Assembly (NCBI RefSeq): GCF_963921235.1
Contig: NC_086118.1
Span: forward strand, 28,708,001 to 28,772,000
Origin: Mobula hypostoma
Lineage: Eukaryota
Reading direction: 5' to 3'
Length of the DNA: 64,000 bases
The notes beneath the pieces were generated by a model. It was not told the origin of the DNA, made no database searches, and worked only from the letters and a program-made list of their open reading frames with translations. Position numbers and translations under genes: made by a program. Positions 25,651 through 39,738 of the stretch are shown piece by piece; positions within the stretch are counted from its first letter, which is position 1, and each line of letters begins with the position of its first letter.

Positions 25651-26609
25651 ACACTAGCTGACACCTAGATTACTGCAACAGGAAGCAATCAAGATTCACA
25701 GGAAGTCATAGAAAATATTGTGTATATCCCTTCATGTAGACAGAAATATTGAAAAAAAATCACCATAGCCTCCAGTTCATCCAGACAGCCTTTGGTCAGT
25801 TGTCATAGAAAGTTTTTGAAGATCAAGTTCTGAAACCCAGCACTAAGTTTAGAAATGGGTGCAGCTAGACCAGTTTTTCCTGGAGTGGAGGAAGTTCAGA
25901 AGGAATGTGACTGAGGTGTATACCATGATAACCAATGAGAACATGAGGAAAATGCTTTTGTAAAAGAGATCAGAATTTGCAATGTGACAGCTGAATAGAT
26001 GATGGAAATATATTCAAAAGTAGTGTGCAAAAGGAAAGTTAAATACCTAAAGCAAGAATGGTAAAGTATGGAGTACTGGGACTAACAAGGTTTTTTTTTT
26101 TAACAACAGGATGGTGAATGGCCTCCTTCTGTGTCATACAGTTATTTTATGCACAATTTTACCAGTCTGGCTTCTTACCTCACATGAAGGTATTATATAT
26201 TTCGTATGAGGAGATATATGCCATAGTCACTATGGCCTTTCCATGTTAGTGTTCTTCATCTGTCAGCCCAGCTGTGTATTGTTAAAAGCAATCAGGGTCA
26301 TGACCATTTCAACTTTGAGCCAAAGTTCATTAAGTTGCTTCCAGCTGGATTTTAAATCAAAGAACAGTGACCTACCTAGCTGGCATACAATGGCTAAGAA
26401 AAATGACAGAAAAACCATCTTACTGTAACTCAATTAGATGTTAAGATCAAGGCTGTGATCATTCCCCAACTGACCTCTTTGATTATTTGTCTAAGCAAGA
26501 ATATAGTTTACATAATTGTGTACTTTGATATTTGATTTTAAACAGATCAAATGCTAAACTACATTAATAGATCAGTCATATTCTATTGACCTGACATAGT
26601 ATTAAAATT

Positions 26610-28410
26610 ATAAAGCTAGAGAGCGCAGAAATGGATTTTTTGGTCCATTCTTGTCCATATTGATCATTAAGTACCTATCGAGGCTAATTTTCCAGTACCT
26701 CATCTTAGCTTTCCATGCCTTGTTGATAAACATCTTGTCCAGATGTTAGTTAAAGTTTGAAATTACCTGTCTCCTCCACCTTCTCAAACATCTGGGTGGT
26801 AAAAGTACTTTCTTAGGTCCCCCATAAACTTTTTACTCTTCATCTTAAATCTGTCACATTTGGTTAGAGACACCTCTGCCATGGAGAAAAGTTTCTAACA
26901 ATCTAATCCATCTATTCTAATTTTGCATGCCTGTACAGGGTGCCCTCCTGTCTTCTCTGTTCAAACTCTGCCTATCCAGTCTGTTTTCATAACTGAAGCA
27001 TTCCATCCAGGACAGTATGCTGGCGAATCATCTCTGCACCTTGTTCATTGCAACCTAATCCTTCCTAGATTGTGGTGACCAGAAATGCGCACATATCCTA
27101 GTTGTGTCTAATCTAATCAATGCTTTACTAAATTGCACTATGGCCTTCCTATCCTTGTATTCTAATTCTTGGCTGATGAAGGTAAGCATGCTGTGTCTAC
27201 GTTATATTCGAGGCTGTCATCTTCAGATATACTGGGAGTTGTTTCACCAAGGTGCCACCAAATTCTATCTGCCAGTCTCTGCTCATCTTACCAGCTATTC
27301 AATATCATTCTTTAGCCTGTTTATCGCATTCACTATCATCAACGCCACCAATTTAAGTATTATCTAAACACTTATTAATCATACCTCCTACACTCATATC
27401 TAAGGGTCTAATGTCATTGATATTTGATTTACTTGCTTTGGGTATCATAAACAAAACAAATTGTTGTCTTCTCTACCACAGGAAGCAATTGATACTTATT
27501 GCATTTATACCTAAAGTGATATTTCAAGCCTCAGGAAAAAAATCCTAGGATGTAAGAAGTATTTTTTTTAAATGAAATTAATGATTTCCTCAGGAACTAA
27601 ACATTTTCCTAACTGCCTTAATTTTCTGTTATTTTAAGTTACCAAGTACAGTACATGCAAATCATGAGCTATAAAATGATGTTCTGGTCCTCATGCAATT
27701 ACAAAATAAGAAGAAAAGAAGCAATATTTCAAAATGATACAATATGATGAAAATAGACTTTATACCTTTCTACCATAGAGTCATAGAACACTATCGCACA
27801 GAAAAAGTCCCTCTGACCATCAGGTCCATGCCAAACTATTATTCTGCCTAGTCCCATTGACCTGCACCTGGACCTTAGCCCTTCATACCACCCGCCCCCA
27901 TCCAAGTACCTGTCCAAAATATTCTTAAATGTTCTAATTGAACCTGTATCCATCACTTCTGCTGGCAACTAGTTCTATACTCGCACCATCTTCTGAGTGC
28001 TCTGCCTCTTGTCCCCATAAATATTTCACCTTTCAAACATAACCTGTGATCTCTGGTTCTGTCTCACTTAAGATTCTTCCACCAAGGAAAAATATTTTCC
28101 ACTTTTTCCTCAATGGAAAAAGCCTGATTGCGTTAATCCTATCTATACCCCTCATGATTTTATATACTTCTATGAAATTTCCCCTCGTTCTCCTACACTC
28201 CAGTCCTAATTTATTTATTTTTTCCCTATTACTTATGAACTCAAGTCCTAGTAAGTTTTTGTAAGTTTTCTCTGTATTCTTTCAATCTTGTTGATAACTT
28301 TCCTGTAGGTAGGTGATAAGATTTGTACATGTTACTCCAAGTTTAGCCTCACAGATGTCGTATGCAACTTCAACATAGCATCCCAATTTCTGTACTCAGT
28401 ACTTTGATTT
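26610..28410 (-). mobile_element. Two degenerate CR1 3' fragments (about 26610-27410 and 27774-28410)
   Basis: Similar to 56290-57230 (ggtgaccagaa..gcaca; catagagtcatagaacact tail; ORF 'MPAEVMDTGSIRTFKNILDRYLD'). Confidence 0.65.
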
Positions 28411-28519
28411 TGCCTAGAAATTCTTTTACAAGAATTTTTAAAATGAATTTTGATACCACCGGTAGCATGGTGTAGGTTATGTTTTTCCTACATATCTGCA
28501 CTTCTTGCTTTTTACTTAT

Positions 28520-29520
28520 GAATGTACGGCTAAGTACAGCTCTAATGCCATATTTAAGTTTGCTGATAACACCACTGTCATTGGCCAAATCAAAGGTGGT
28601 GGCAAATTGGCATATAGGAGGGAGATTGAACACCTGTCTGAGCCACAACAACAACATGTCACTCAACATTAGCATGACCAAGGAGCTGAATATTGACTGG
28701 AGGAAACCAGAGGTCCATGGTTGCCAACTTTAAATTCCTTGGTGTTTTCATTTCAGAGTATCTGTCCTGTGCCTATCACATAAGTGCCATTACAAAGAAA
28801 GTATGAGAGTGCCTGTAGTTACTTAGCAGGTTGTGAAGATTTGGCCTATCATCTAAAACTTCGACAAAGGTCTATGGGTATGTGGTCTATAGGTATGTCT
28901 ATAGGCATATTGATTGGTTGTATCACAGCTTAGTATGGAAATACTAATGCCCTTGAATTGAAAATACTACAGAAGTAGTGAATAAGGCCCAGTCCATCAC
29001 AGGTAAAGCCCTCGACAGTATTGAGCACATCTGAGTGCTGTCGCAGAAAAACAGTATCCATTGTCACAGACCCCCACCATATAGACCATCTCTCTGCTGC
29101 CATCAAGAAGAAGGTACAGGAACCTCAGGGCCCACAGCACTAGGTTCAAGAGCAACTATTATCCTCTAACATCAGGCTGTTGAACCAGAGTGGATAACTT
29201 CACTTAACTTCACTCAACTTCATTCGCCCCAGCACTGAACTTTTCCAAAAACTTATGGACTCACTGTCAAGGACTCTTCTTCTCATGTTCTCAATATCTA
29301 TTGATTATTTAGTTCTTTGTCTTCTTCTTCTTCTTATTATTATTATTATGATGATGATTATTATTATTTTTCTTTATTTTTTATTTGTTCATTGGTTATT
29401 TGTCCATCCTTCGGGGTGCAGTCTTTCAGTGATTCTATTATGTTTCTTGTACTTACTGTGAACACCCACAAGAAAATGAATCTCAGGATTATATATGTGA
29501 CATATAGAGTATGTACTTAT
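28520..29520 (+). mobile_element. Rex1/Babar LINE 3' part (RT C-terminus + 3' UTR)
   Basis: 'aagtttgctgataacaccactgtcattggc' (KFADNTTVIG), 'FKFLGV', 'PSRRRYR', tail 'gaaaatgaatctcagg'. Confidence 0.75.
29321..29368. repeat. Compound trinucleotide microsatellite (CTT)n(ATT)n(ATG)n(ATT)n
   Basis: cttcttcttcttcttattattattattatgatgatgattattattatt. Confidence 0.9.
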
Positions 29521-30086
29521 AGAGCCTTCCTAAATGCTGTTGGAAAGATGGTGATAAGTCACCTTTTAAGCTGCTGGTGATAAGTCACCTTTTAAACTGT
29601 GTGGGAAGGAGCTCCCACTGTGTTGTGAAGAATATGCTCAAGGATTTAAATTCAGTGAGGTCTATGCATTTCCGAGTCAGAATGGTATGTGACTTAGATG
29701 TGATTTTTCCGTGCATCTGCAGAACATGTGGTAGAGGTTTTAGAGCTGTGTGATGCTGTTGATGAAATCTTGGCAAGGTTCCACAGTGTGTCTTGCAGGA
29801 GATGCAGACTGTGACCATTGTGTGCTTGAGAGGGGGGAAGTAAATGGTGAAGACAGTGAATATAGTGTCAATCAAGGTGGTTGATTTGCCTTGGATGATG
29901 TTGGCCTTCTTGACTGATTTTATAGTTGAACTAATCCAGTCAGTTATGAGTGTTTCATTACACTTCTGACTCGTGCCTCTTTAGCCAGTTGGGAGGTTTT
30001 CAGTGGATGGGAAGTGAGCCACTCTCCAGAAAACAGCTGATCTCTCACCTGCTCCTGCAATAGCAATGTTTTAACAAGCTATCCTC

Positions 30087-31265
30087 CATAAGACCATAAG
30101 ACATAAGACAATAAAGCAAAGGAGGAAGATAAGACCATTTGGCCCATCATGTCTGCTCTGCCATCCCATCATGACTGATCTATTATCATTCTCAATCCCA
30201 TTCTCCTACCTTCTCCTCATAACCATTGACACCCTAACTAATATAAACTTATCAATCTCTGCTTTAAATATACTCAATGATTTGGCATTCACAACCATCT
30301 GTGGCAACGGATTCCATAGATTCACTACTCTCTTTCAATAATCTATCGAATATTGAAAGGCCTAGCCCTCTTGAAATGAATGCTAACATTGCGTTTGCCT
30401 TCCTTACCACCAACTCAACCTGCAAGTTAATAGTTTGATAGGCTTCAGTGGAATTCTTCTAAACCCCATCGAGAACAGGCCCAGAGCCATCAAATACACC
30501 TCATATGTTAACTTTTTAATTCTCAATTCACTTCTCTCTAGATCTCCTTCTTCATTTACATCTCCCTCTCCACCCAACAAATGCCTAAGTTCCAACTTCA
30601 TTCTGTTAAATAAACAAAGATCTTTGTTCTGAAATTTTTCTCCGTTTTCCAGCTGCAACTGCCTCCTGGCCCCTGAGTACTTCAGGAATTGTTGTTTCAT
30701 TTCACATTCCCAGCATGTGTGTTTTTTGTTTGTTCTTCCACCTGTGTCTATTTTTGCCAAGATATTCACTGAGCTCACAATTGGTGAATGCATTTTGAAA
30801 GTCCTGTCTCTCTAACTGCACCACTGGCTCCTGTCACCGCTTCAATTCACCACAGCTCCAACAAATTCCATCAGCTCGGGCATATTCCTAACACTCATGT
30901 GTTTTACTGTATCTTCCCATACTTCACATTGCTGCATGTCTCGTGTCTTACAAATAATGCCTGCTATACAAACCCTTGCAGATTCATCACTCAAAGCCTA
31001 CCACACATGTTTAGTCCATAAGACAATAAGGCATAGAAGCCTTAGGATTATTCTACTTATTTAGTCTACTCCACCATTCTATCATTGCTGATTTATTATC
31101 CCCCAAAACCTAATTTTCCTGCCTTTTCCCTGTAATCTTTGATGCCCTTACTAATCAAGAACCCATCAACCTCTGCTTTAAATACGCCCAATGACTTGAC
31201 CTCCACAGCTGTCCATGGCAATGAATTCCAGAGATTCACCACCCTCTGGCTAAGTAAATTCCTCT
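30087..31265 (-). mobile_element. Two CR1/HER1 3' ends (about 30087-30520 and 31017-31265) separated by other old sequence
   Basis: (CCATAAGA)n tails and 'ttcca(t/g)agattcac' motifs; ORF 'SQRVVNLWNSLP..VFKAEVDGFLISKGIKDY'. Confidence 0.7.
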
Positions 31266-31949
31266 GTCTAGCTGGGGGATGTCTTGCAAGAAATGGACCC
31301 ACCAACTGGGAATAGAAGAAGTGAACCAAGGGAAGTAGGCAACTCTGTGTATCCCAGATCCTTGAGGGACATGGTGTTAACTATTATTGGTAATGCCCTT
31401 TGTTGGGTCTGTTACCAGTGTTGAGATTTAATCATTGATTAAAATTATGTCTCAGTTGCTCCTCATCCCAGAGCCTCTCCATGCTTACAAGATGTCAATG
31501 GTGTAAGCATTCACTCTGCCCTGCTTCTCCCTATCCAACCACTCAACCACAATGCTCTCTTACTCTGCACTACTCTACATATGTATCCTGGTCAAGTAAT
31601 GGCCAAACTAGTCATGCCAATGACAAAGCATCACTTAGTTTATACTTCCAGGCACCGGTTCACCTAGCAGCAGGGTGCATCATGCGGAGGCTGGATCACA
31701 ACATGGTGAGACATTGGAAGACAAGGATGCACACGCTTACCTACAAAGTACTCAGATAAAAATCTAATAACCAGGCTACAAAAGAAACCTGAGAGATGAA
31801 TGCAGTATATGCTTGGTCCATTTGGAAGCTTACTGACAGCTTGAGTTCAATAGCAACAAGTATCAATGCATAAAACTGGCAACTGAAAGTACAGGGTTTG
31901 GCACTGAGCTTAAAACCCCTCACTTCTTCCAGAGATAAGATGACAAGGT

Positions 31950-32400
31950 CCAAAGTTCAGAGTAAATTTATTATCAAAGTATGTTTATGTCACCATATAC
32001 TACACAATAAAATCAATGAAAATCAACAGAAAGACAGATAAATAACCAATATCCAACCACAAAAAGAAAAACATAATAATAATAACAGAGAAGCAATATT
32101 GAGATTATGAGTTGTGGAGTCCTTGAAAGTGAGTCCAGAGGTTGTGGCATCAACACAATGTTGAGGTAAGTGATATTATCCACTCTAGTTCAGGAACCTG
32201 ATGGTTGAGGGGTAATAACTGTTCCTGAGCCTGTACCTTCTTCCTGATTGTAGCGGAAGAGAAGAGAGCATGGCCTGGATGGCTGGTGGTCCTTGACGAT
32301 GGATGTTGCTTTCCTGTGATGTGCTCCATTGTCGGGAGGGCTTCTTCTGCTTTGGACAGTGCTTTTTGTAGGCTTGTGATGTTTGCTTCATCGCAAGCAG
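31950..32400 (-). mobile_element. Rex1/Babar LINE 3' end
   Basis: Reverse complement of the 29000-29520 type; ORFs 'HPGHALFS', 'SGRRYRLRNSYYPSTIRFLN'. Confidence 0.75.
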
Positions 32401-32974
32401 AAGGCATCCAATGTCTGTGTGGCATGGGGAAGATAAAGCTTCATCAAAGCTCATTTTGCTGCTTATGTGGCGATGGATTCCAATGCATTAAAGTTTTAAT
32501 TAAGTGCACTAGTAACTCTGCTTATTTCTATTAACCTTTTGAACTGAGTTTCCAAATGAGAAGAGAGTAGACTGTGGTGAGAGTTAAGGATGAGTGATGA
32601 AATGCACTTAATTTATACAATTATATTTAATGCTTTAATTCTGGTGTAACTAATATTATTTGGGAATGCATTAAACAAAAGTAATTGTAAAAAAGGAATG
32701 CATTAATAAATTTTATTATAAATCATGAAAAACTAAGAGCATTGTGCAAAGCTATATTTGCTAGCCAATCAGATATGAAGTCAAATTGCTGTATGCAGAT
32801 GACACGTTTGTTCATGCCTGCTTAAGGGCCAAGTTACAGGCCTTCATTAACTCATACAACAAATCATTGAGTGGTTGGGTTATATATTCAATATCAGCGG
32901 GACCAAGGTTCTCTGCAAACCTGTCTCTGTTGCATCACAATACCCACTGACAATGAAGGTTCAGGCATTATCGA

Positions 32975-33146
32975 GATTCAGCAGATACTGGAAATCCAAA
33001 GTATCTAATCAGCATCTATGGAGAAGAATAAAGAGTCAATATTTCAGGCTGAAATCCTGATGAAGGGTTTTAGCTTGAAATGCTGATTATTTACTGATTT
33101 CCATAGATGCCACTTTGTTCCTCCAGCATTTTGTGCGCATTACTCT
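32975..33146. mobile_element. Older fold-back PLE mini-element with a degenerate hammerhead
   Basis: Imperfect inverted arms gcatctatgga...tttcaggctgaaatcc / gggttttagcttgaaa...tccatagatgc around CTGATGA (33057-33063). Confidence 0.7.
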
Positions 33147-33589
33147 TCATAGCAGTCATAGAGTCCATTCTCACGTACGGATGCGTGACGTGGACACTCA
33201 CCAAGACGATGCGATAGTCTCTAGATAGTAGCTATACACGAATGCTCCGGGTGGCTCTTGATGTGTGTTGGCAACAGCACATGACGAACGTCGAGCTCTA
33301 TGACAACATACTGATGCTCACCACTAAAATGGAGGTGAGAAGACTGCAACTAGCGGGGCACTATCTACACCACCCCAAGCTACCTGCCAGCCTAGTCATC
33401 ATGTGGGAGCCCAAGCACGGGAGGATGAACCCTAGGCGCCCTCCCAAGGCTATGGTCAACACGCTCCTAGAAGACAGCGGCGCGGCTAATGTAGATGAAC
33501 TGAACACACTGATGAGGGAGAGGGAGAAGTGGAGAGTCCATCATTGTGCCCGACGCCGGCCCCCCAGGCCTGAGTCGATGTAGTAGTAG
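33147..33589 (+). mobile_element. 5'-truncated RTE-clade LINE with (TAG)n tail
   Basis: ORF 33242-33583 'RRLQLAGHYLHHP..WEPKHGRMNPRRPPK'; TSD tactct at 33141-33146 and 33590-33595; paralogue at 39739-40315. Confidence 0.85.
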
Positions 33590-34329
33590 TACTCTGGTTC
33601 AAGAAAAACCCTGTTTAACATGGGCAACTTCCTGTATCTCAGGAGCCAGATCTCAATGAAGGCAGCTAACAATGATAAAATTCATCATTATTCAAGATCA
33701 ATACACCAGAACAGCTTTTGGCTATTATAGAAATGTTGTTTCTATAAATAAATATTTCTACCCATTTTGCACTGGAAAAGGACCTGTGAGTTGTGTAGCA
33801 ATGTGTATACAAAGGACACCAGTTTGAAAGTTTTTATTCCAATTTAAAAAGTACAAGATTCATTTTGAAAATATACATGTGTTTTATATTCTATTTCCAT
33901 GCTGCAGCTAAGCAGTGTGCCTATTGCTATCAGGAAAATAACAAGCCATTGTGCCATTCTCACTGGTTGCATTCAGCTAAGAGTTTGTTCCTCCGGTTTC
34001 TTGTAGCATTTTAACAAGTTTTTTTTTGCTGGATGATCTGTGAGAGAAGTTATAATATTATATCAAAGAACAGCTCTGGAATTGTAGACATAAGTTCAGA
34101 ATTACTAGAGGCTACAAGCTCCACATTTCTTTCTGCAGCTGTCAAGTGATGGTTATGTGCTGACTGATTCATTTGGACTTTGCACAAAAAGCCCTCTAAC
34201 AGAGCTCCACTGCGATCTTTGGGCATGTCTTGAGCTTTAGGGTTTGCAGCCAGTAACAAAATGGACCAGACATAAAAACACAAAAGCAAAAGAGCAATAT
34301 AGGAAAATCAGAAGGGAAGTATAGGATTG

Positions 34330-37300
34330 GAAAGCTTTTAGTAAAGAACAGAGGCAACTAAAAGATCGAGGGGAGAAAAGTTGAACTATGAATGTAAGTG
34401 ATCTAATAATATAAAAGAGGGCAACAAAAGTTTTTTCTGATTTTATATAAAGAGTAAAAAGAAGGCAAGAGTGGACATTGAACCGCTGGCAAATGACATT
34501 GGAGAAATTGTGTTGGGGAACAAAGAAATGGCGGATAAAATGAATAAGTATTTTATCTCAGTCTTCACTGTGGAAAATACCAGTAATGTTTCAGAGATCC
34601 AAGAGTGTCAAGGCGCAGAATGAGTGAGGTCGTGATTACTAAGGAGAAGGTGCTTGGGAAGCTGAAATGTCTGAATGTAGATATTGTAAGTCACCTGGAT
34701 CTGATGGACTACACACCTGGGATCTGAAAGAGGTAGCTGAAGAGATTATCAAGGCATGAGCAGCAATATTTCGAGAATGACTAGAGTCAGAAATGATTCT
34801 AAGGATTGGAAAATTACAAATGTCACTTCATTCTTTAAGAAGGGAGTGTGGCCAAAGACAGGAAATTATAGGACACTTAGCCTAAATTTAGTTGTTGATA
34901 AGATATTGGAGTCCATTACTAAGGTTGAGATTTTGGGGTACTTAGAAGCACGTGATAAAATAGGCTGGAGTTAGAATGGTTTCCTTATGGGGAGATCTTG
35001 CCTGATAAATCTGTTGGAATTCTTTAAGGAAGTAACAGGCAGAACTAAACAAAGGAAAGTTAGTGAATGTTGTTTTTTTTATTGTCAGGAAGCCTTTGCC
35101 AAGGTACCACACATGAGGCAGCTAAATAAAATAGGTGCCCATAGGAAAGATACTAGCATGGGCAGAATATTGCCTTCTGCCAGTCAGCCAAAGTATGGGA
35201 ATAAAGGGGGCCATTTCTGGTTGGCTGCCAGTGCCTTGTGGTGTTCCACAGGTATGAGTATTGCATCTACAACTTTTCAGGTTATTTGTTAATGACCTGG
35301 AGGATGGAATTGATAGTTTTCTGGCCAAACTTGTGGATAATATAAAGACAGCTGGAGTGACAGGTAGTGCTGGAGAAGCAGAGAGTCTGCAGAAGTACTT
35401 TGACAGATTATGAGAATAAACAAAGAAATGGTACATGTAAGACAGCATCGAGAAGTGTACGGTCATGTACTTTGGTAGAAAGAAGAAATGGGGAAAGAAT
35501 TCAGAAATTGGAGGTGTAAAAGCATGTTACATACACCTGTTAGGGTGCATTCTCCAGTTACCTTATAAGGTAACCGTAGCCTTCAGCCAGGAGCAGATGT
35601 CATCAGGTGGTTCCCAACCTTCACCAAGTGTTTCAACCCTTAACCATGACACTCTCCAGTTGGTGGGCCGGCAGTGGTGGCCAAATCACTGCCCATCTGC
35701 TCCTGGCTTCCAGCTTCCCTCCTCTCGCCTGCTCCAAATCCAACAAGAGGCTCGTTCTGCCTCTTCCCCCATCCTACGAGCTGCTTATTTTTTGCTCCTT
35801 TCATCCAGGCCCAGATCTGATAACAACCACCATGCTGATTTGGCTGGAAAACCTCTGCAGATGATCTCCACAGGGAACAACCATGCCTGCCATCCCTTGT
35901 CTTTACACTCCTGCACTAAGGGCTGGTACTTCAAGGCCTTTCTCTCGTGGGCCTCTTCCCATCCCTCCTACCACGGCACAGTCAGCTCAAAAGAACTTGA
36001 GAGTCCTTGTGCAGGATTCCCTAAAAGGTTAACTCGCATGTTAAGTTGGAATAAGGAAAGCAGATGCAATGTTAGCATTCATTTCCAGAGCACTAGAATA
36101 TGAAAACGAAGATGGAATGTTGAGGCTTTATTTTCAAATCTTTTTATTATTATTATATTATTCAAAAATAACACGAGTACATCGAAGTAAACAACACTTA
36201 CAATGTCTCAAGGAAAAAAAAACATTATTTTAAGGATTGAAGAAGTTTTGGTGATAATGAAAAAAACCTTACTAAGCAGAAAAAGTGGGGGAAAAAACCC
36301 TTTAGGTGTACAACCCCGGAGCCATGTGTCATACAAAAACTTCTAAAGATAAACATCAAACCGCCAGCAAGAAAAAATGTACCAAAAGTTTACAATTAGA
36401 TCGTGGAGGAAATCTATCAATTAACTTAAATGATAATAACGAGCAAATGACCCCCATCTTTTCTCAAAATCAAATAAAGATTCAAAGGTTCAGCTTCTAA
36501 TTTTCTCCAAACTAAGACATAGCATCACTTGAGAGAACCATTGTGACAAAGTGGGAGCTGATGTATCCTTCCACTTCAACAAAATGGCCCTCCTAGCTAT
36601 CAATGTAACAAATGCAATGACATGTTGGTCAGACACAGAGATACCAGGGATATTTTGAGGAATTATTCCAAAGAGCACAGTTAATTCATTAGGTTGTAAA
36701 TTAATTTTAAGTGCTTTAGAAATTATCAAAAAAACTGCCTTCTAGAACTGTTCCAGTATAGAATAAGACCAAAACATGTGTGTCAGTGTAGCTGCCTCAG
36801 TTTTACATCTATCACAATAACTATCAGTTGAGGCTTTATAACACATTGGTCATATCACACTTGGAGAATTGTGAGCAGTTCTGGATCTTAGTTTCAAAGA
36901 AAGTTCTTCTGGCATAGAAAAGGATCCAAAGGACATTTACAGGAATGATCCCAAGGATGAAAGGGTTAATGTATGGGGAACATTTCATGACCCTGGATCT
37001 GTAGGTTCAAGGAGGATGTGAGGGGTAAGTTTTTTACTCAGAGAGTCATGGATGCCTGGGACATGCTGCCTGGTATGGTGGTAGAAGCAAATACATTGCT
37101 GGCTTTTAAGAGACGTTTAGATAAGCAAATGGAGGAAGATGGAGGGATATAGACATGGTATAGGTAGGAGGGATTCGTGTTTGGGTATGGTTGATTTATT
37201 TTTTAGTTGATTCAGCACAACATTGTGGGCCGAGGGGACTGTTCCTGCGCTGTACTGTTCTATGTTCAATGTACTTGCTGGAGTTTAGAAGGATGAGGGA

Positions 37301-37660
37301 GCATCTCATTGAACACTGCCATGTATTAAAAGTCCCGGATAGAATGGATGTGGAAGGGACTTTTTCAACAGTGGAAAAAGAGCCTAGCCTCAGAATAAAA
37401 GGATTTCCATTTAGAACAGAGATGTGGAGGAATTTCTTTAGCCAAAGAGTAGTGATTCTATGGACTTCATTGCCACAGACAGCTGTGGAGGCTTAGTCAT
37501 TGGGTATACTTAAGATGGAAGTTGATCGGTTCTTGATTACTAGGGGTGTCAAAGATATGGGGAGAAGGCAGGAGATGGGATGGGGAGGGAAAAATACAAC
37601 AGCCGTGATTGAATGGTAGAACGGCCTAGGTGAGCTGAAAGGCCTGATTTTCTCTTATGG
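34330..37660 (+). mobile_element. Degenerate CR1/HER1 LINE ORF2 with nested insertions
   Basis: 'DWKITNVTSFFKKG..GNYRTLSL', 'SCLINLLEFF', 'FAKVPH', 'NFFSQRVVILWTSLPQTAVEA'; colinear with 11680-13600; interrupted at ~35523-35988, 36132-36826 and ~37005-37270. Confidence 0.85.
36132..36826 (-). mobile_element. 5'-truncated L1/Tx1-clade LINE with a 13-bp TSD
   Basis: Minus strand 'CDRCKTEAATLTHMFW' zinc-finger region and 'LIARRAILLKWKDTSAPTLSQW..LSLEKIR'; A-rich tail; TSD gttgaggctttat at 36119-36131 and 36827-36839. Confidence 0.85.
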
Positions 37661-39738
37661 TCTCGTGGAAATCAGTTACTGGCCTCATAACCCTTTTATA
37701 TCCGATTTTTTTATGTTCCACAGTTCTAAATCTCTTGATAATGTCCAAGGCTCATGGTGTAACATTAAATTTAACAGAAACTATTCCTTTAAATGTTACA
37801 TTGCAAAAAGTAGATATGGTAGAAGAGCAAAACAAATTCAAGCTGCAGAAGAGGGGGTGGAATCTGAAAATTGTAATGGTAAGAAACCGGCTGATTTTTG
37901 CCATTTTAGAAATGTGACTGATGTGGTGGGAACCGTATTACCGATAGATGAACGATACAAAACACAGACTTGGAGAATGTTATTTTACAATAAAAGGAAT
38001 ATCTTCAGTCTAATTATATGGATGTATTTTAAGCAAGGAGAAGGGTTAATTGGTTATATGGGAGAGTCAGTTAATGAAAGAGGCATTGGTTGAGAATAAA
38101 TACTGACATGGACTGTTTAGGCTGAATTAAACATTTAGGTGTAATTTTATTAACTGTAGGGAAGCTGAGATATTGGAGAATTAATCAAGTAATACTGAGC
38201 AGGCCCAGTCCTGTTGTGGCATTGGCATGGGCAGTATTTATCTTGAACTTCACTATTTGCTACCACTTCCCCTGTCATGTACAAATTACATTTTAGATGC
38301 GAGTTTTATTTTAAAGATGGAATAGTTCAATAATCATTTTGAAGCACTTAAGTACTATAGACACTCAATATCTGCATGATTTACTGCACGGCTGGGACTA
38401 TCTGCATCCCAGTGCAATGAGCTGCAGCATGAAGAGTACTCAATTTTGGTTAATCTTTGTACATCTCTGGCAACATCTTCTAATCCTGCCAGTGCTGCTG
38501 GGGCACTTGACACTTGAGCTATACCAAAACCTGGTGGTAGATTATTGAAGGACATGTTCTGGGCTGTGGAGATCTGTGATGAGGTATATTGCAAAAGTGC
38601 ATTTACCGTAGAAGCTGCTTTGCAAAATGACTTCTTTAATACTAGTGTAAATTTATGATAATTTTCCTCTTTCCTGGTTTCAATGCATTGCTGTTTACAG
38701 AAGTGAATTGTATAAATTATATTTTGCAAACTATTAGAATATTTTTGGGATTAGGAATCTCAAATGACTTTAAGTTCTTTGGGAGCAACTAGAACAATAT
38801 TTATTTCTAATGACATAAAGACGCCAAATATAAAGAAAAGAATCTTGAAATTCCATAGCGGAAAGCTCTTATTTTCACTTTGGGCATGCCATATATGACT
38901 TCCTACATCAGCTGTACATGTGATAACTTTGTATCCAATGCAAAGTCCTTTTAGAGCATTGTGGAAGAAATGATGACTCTGTGTGATAGTCTTGTTGTAC
39001 CATTACAGCATTGGGATCCCTGTCAGACCCTCATTGATCTGGACACAAACACCAACACAGCTACACATTTACTTCCTGAATCTCTGATCCTCAGATCCTC
39101 TGATTCCCTCCACCAATCACTACTCCATGGTTTGTCACTCCCAAACCAGGCACTAAACTTTATTGAAAATTCTTCTGCAGGTCTTAATCCTTTTGCGTTA
39201 TATGTTTCCCCAGTAAATACCGAACTCTCGTAACCTAGAACTCCTCCCCAATTCTCAGATACCTGTCTTCCTCTCCAGTCTGACCACTGTCCATAGTCCT
39301 CACCCTCCCACAGCTGACCCTTCCTTTCCTCTTCGCTTTTTGCTGGATTCATCCTTGATAATGAGCAACATCAAAGAAAAGTGCAGCACCTTTCAGTAGC
39401 ACCTGAACAGTCACTGCTATGGCATTCTAATGCCAATTCCACACACCTTTGAAGGACAGTGGAATTCCCGATCCACACTACCCTTTCGCTTGGTTGTTAA
39501 TGTTGTGCTAATTCATTATCAATTCTACTTCTAAATATTACAATTACAGATGGAAAGCAAAATGTATTGGAGTGAAAGTGTACATAGAACGTAGGACATT
39601 ACAGCAAAGTCCGGGCCTTTTGGCCCACTATGTTGTACATCCTTTGATCTGCTCTGAGATCTATCTAACCCTTCCTTCCTACATAGCCCTATATTTTTCC
39701 ATCAAACATGTGCTTATCCTAAGAGTTTCTTATATGTA

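Noticed and set aside
35465..36103. 212-aa ORF as a host gene
   Set aside because: It spans a CR1 remnant and an unrelated nested insertion and has no recognisable domain.
39572..39738. N-terminus of the 243-aa ORF
   Set aside because: It lies upstream of the RTE insertion point, in antisense CR1 tail sequence. The fusion is fortuitous.
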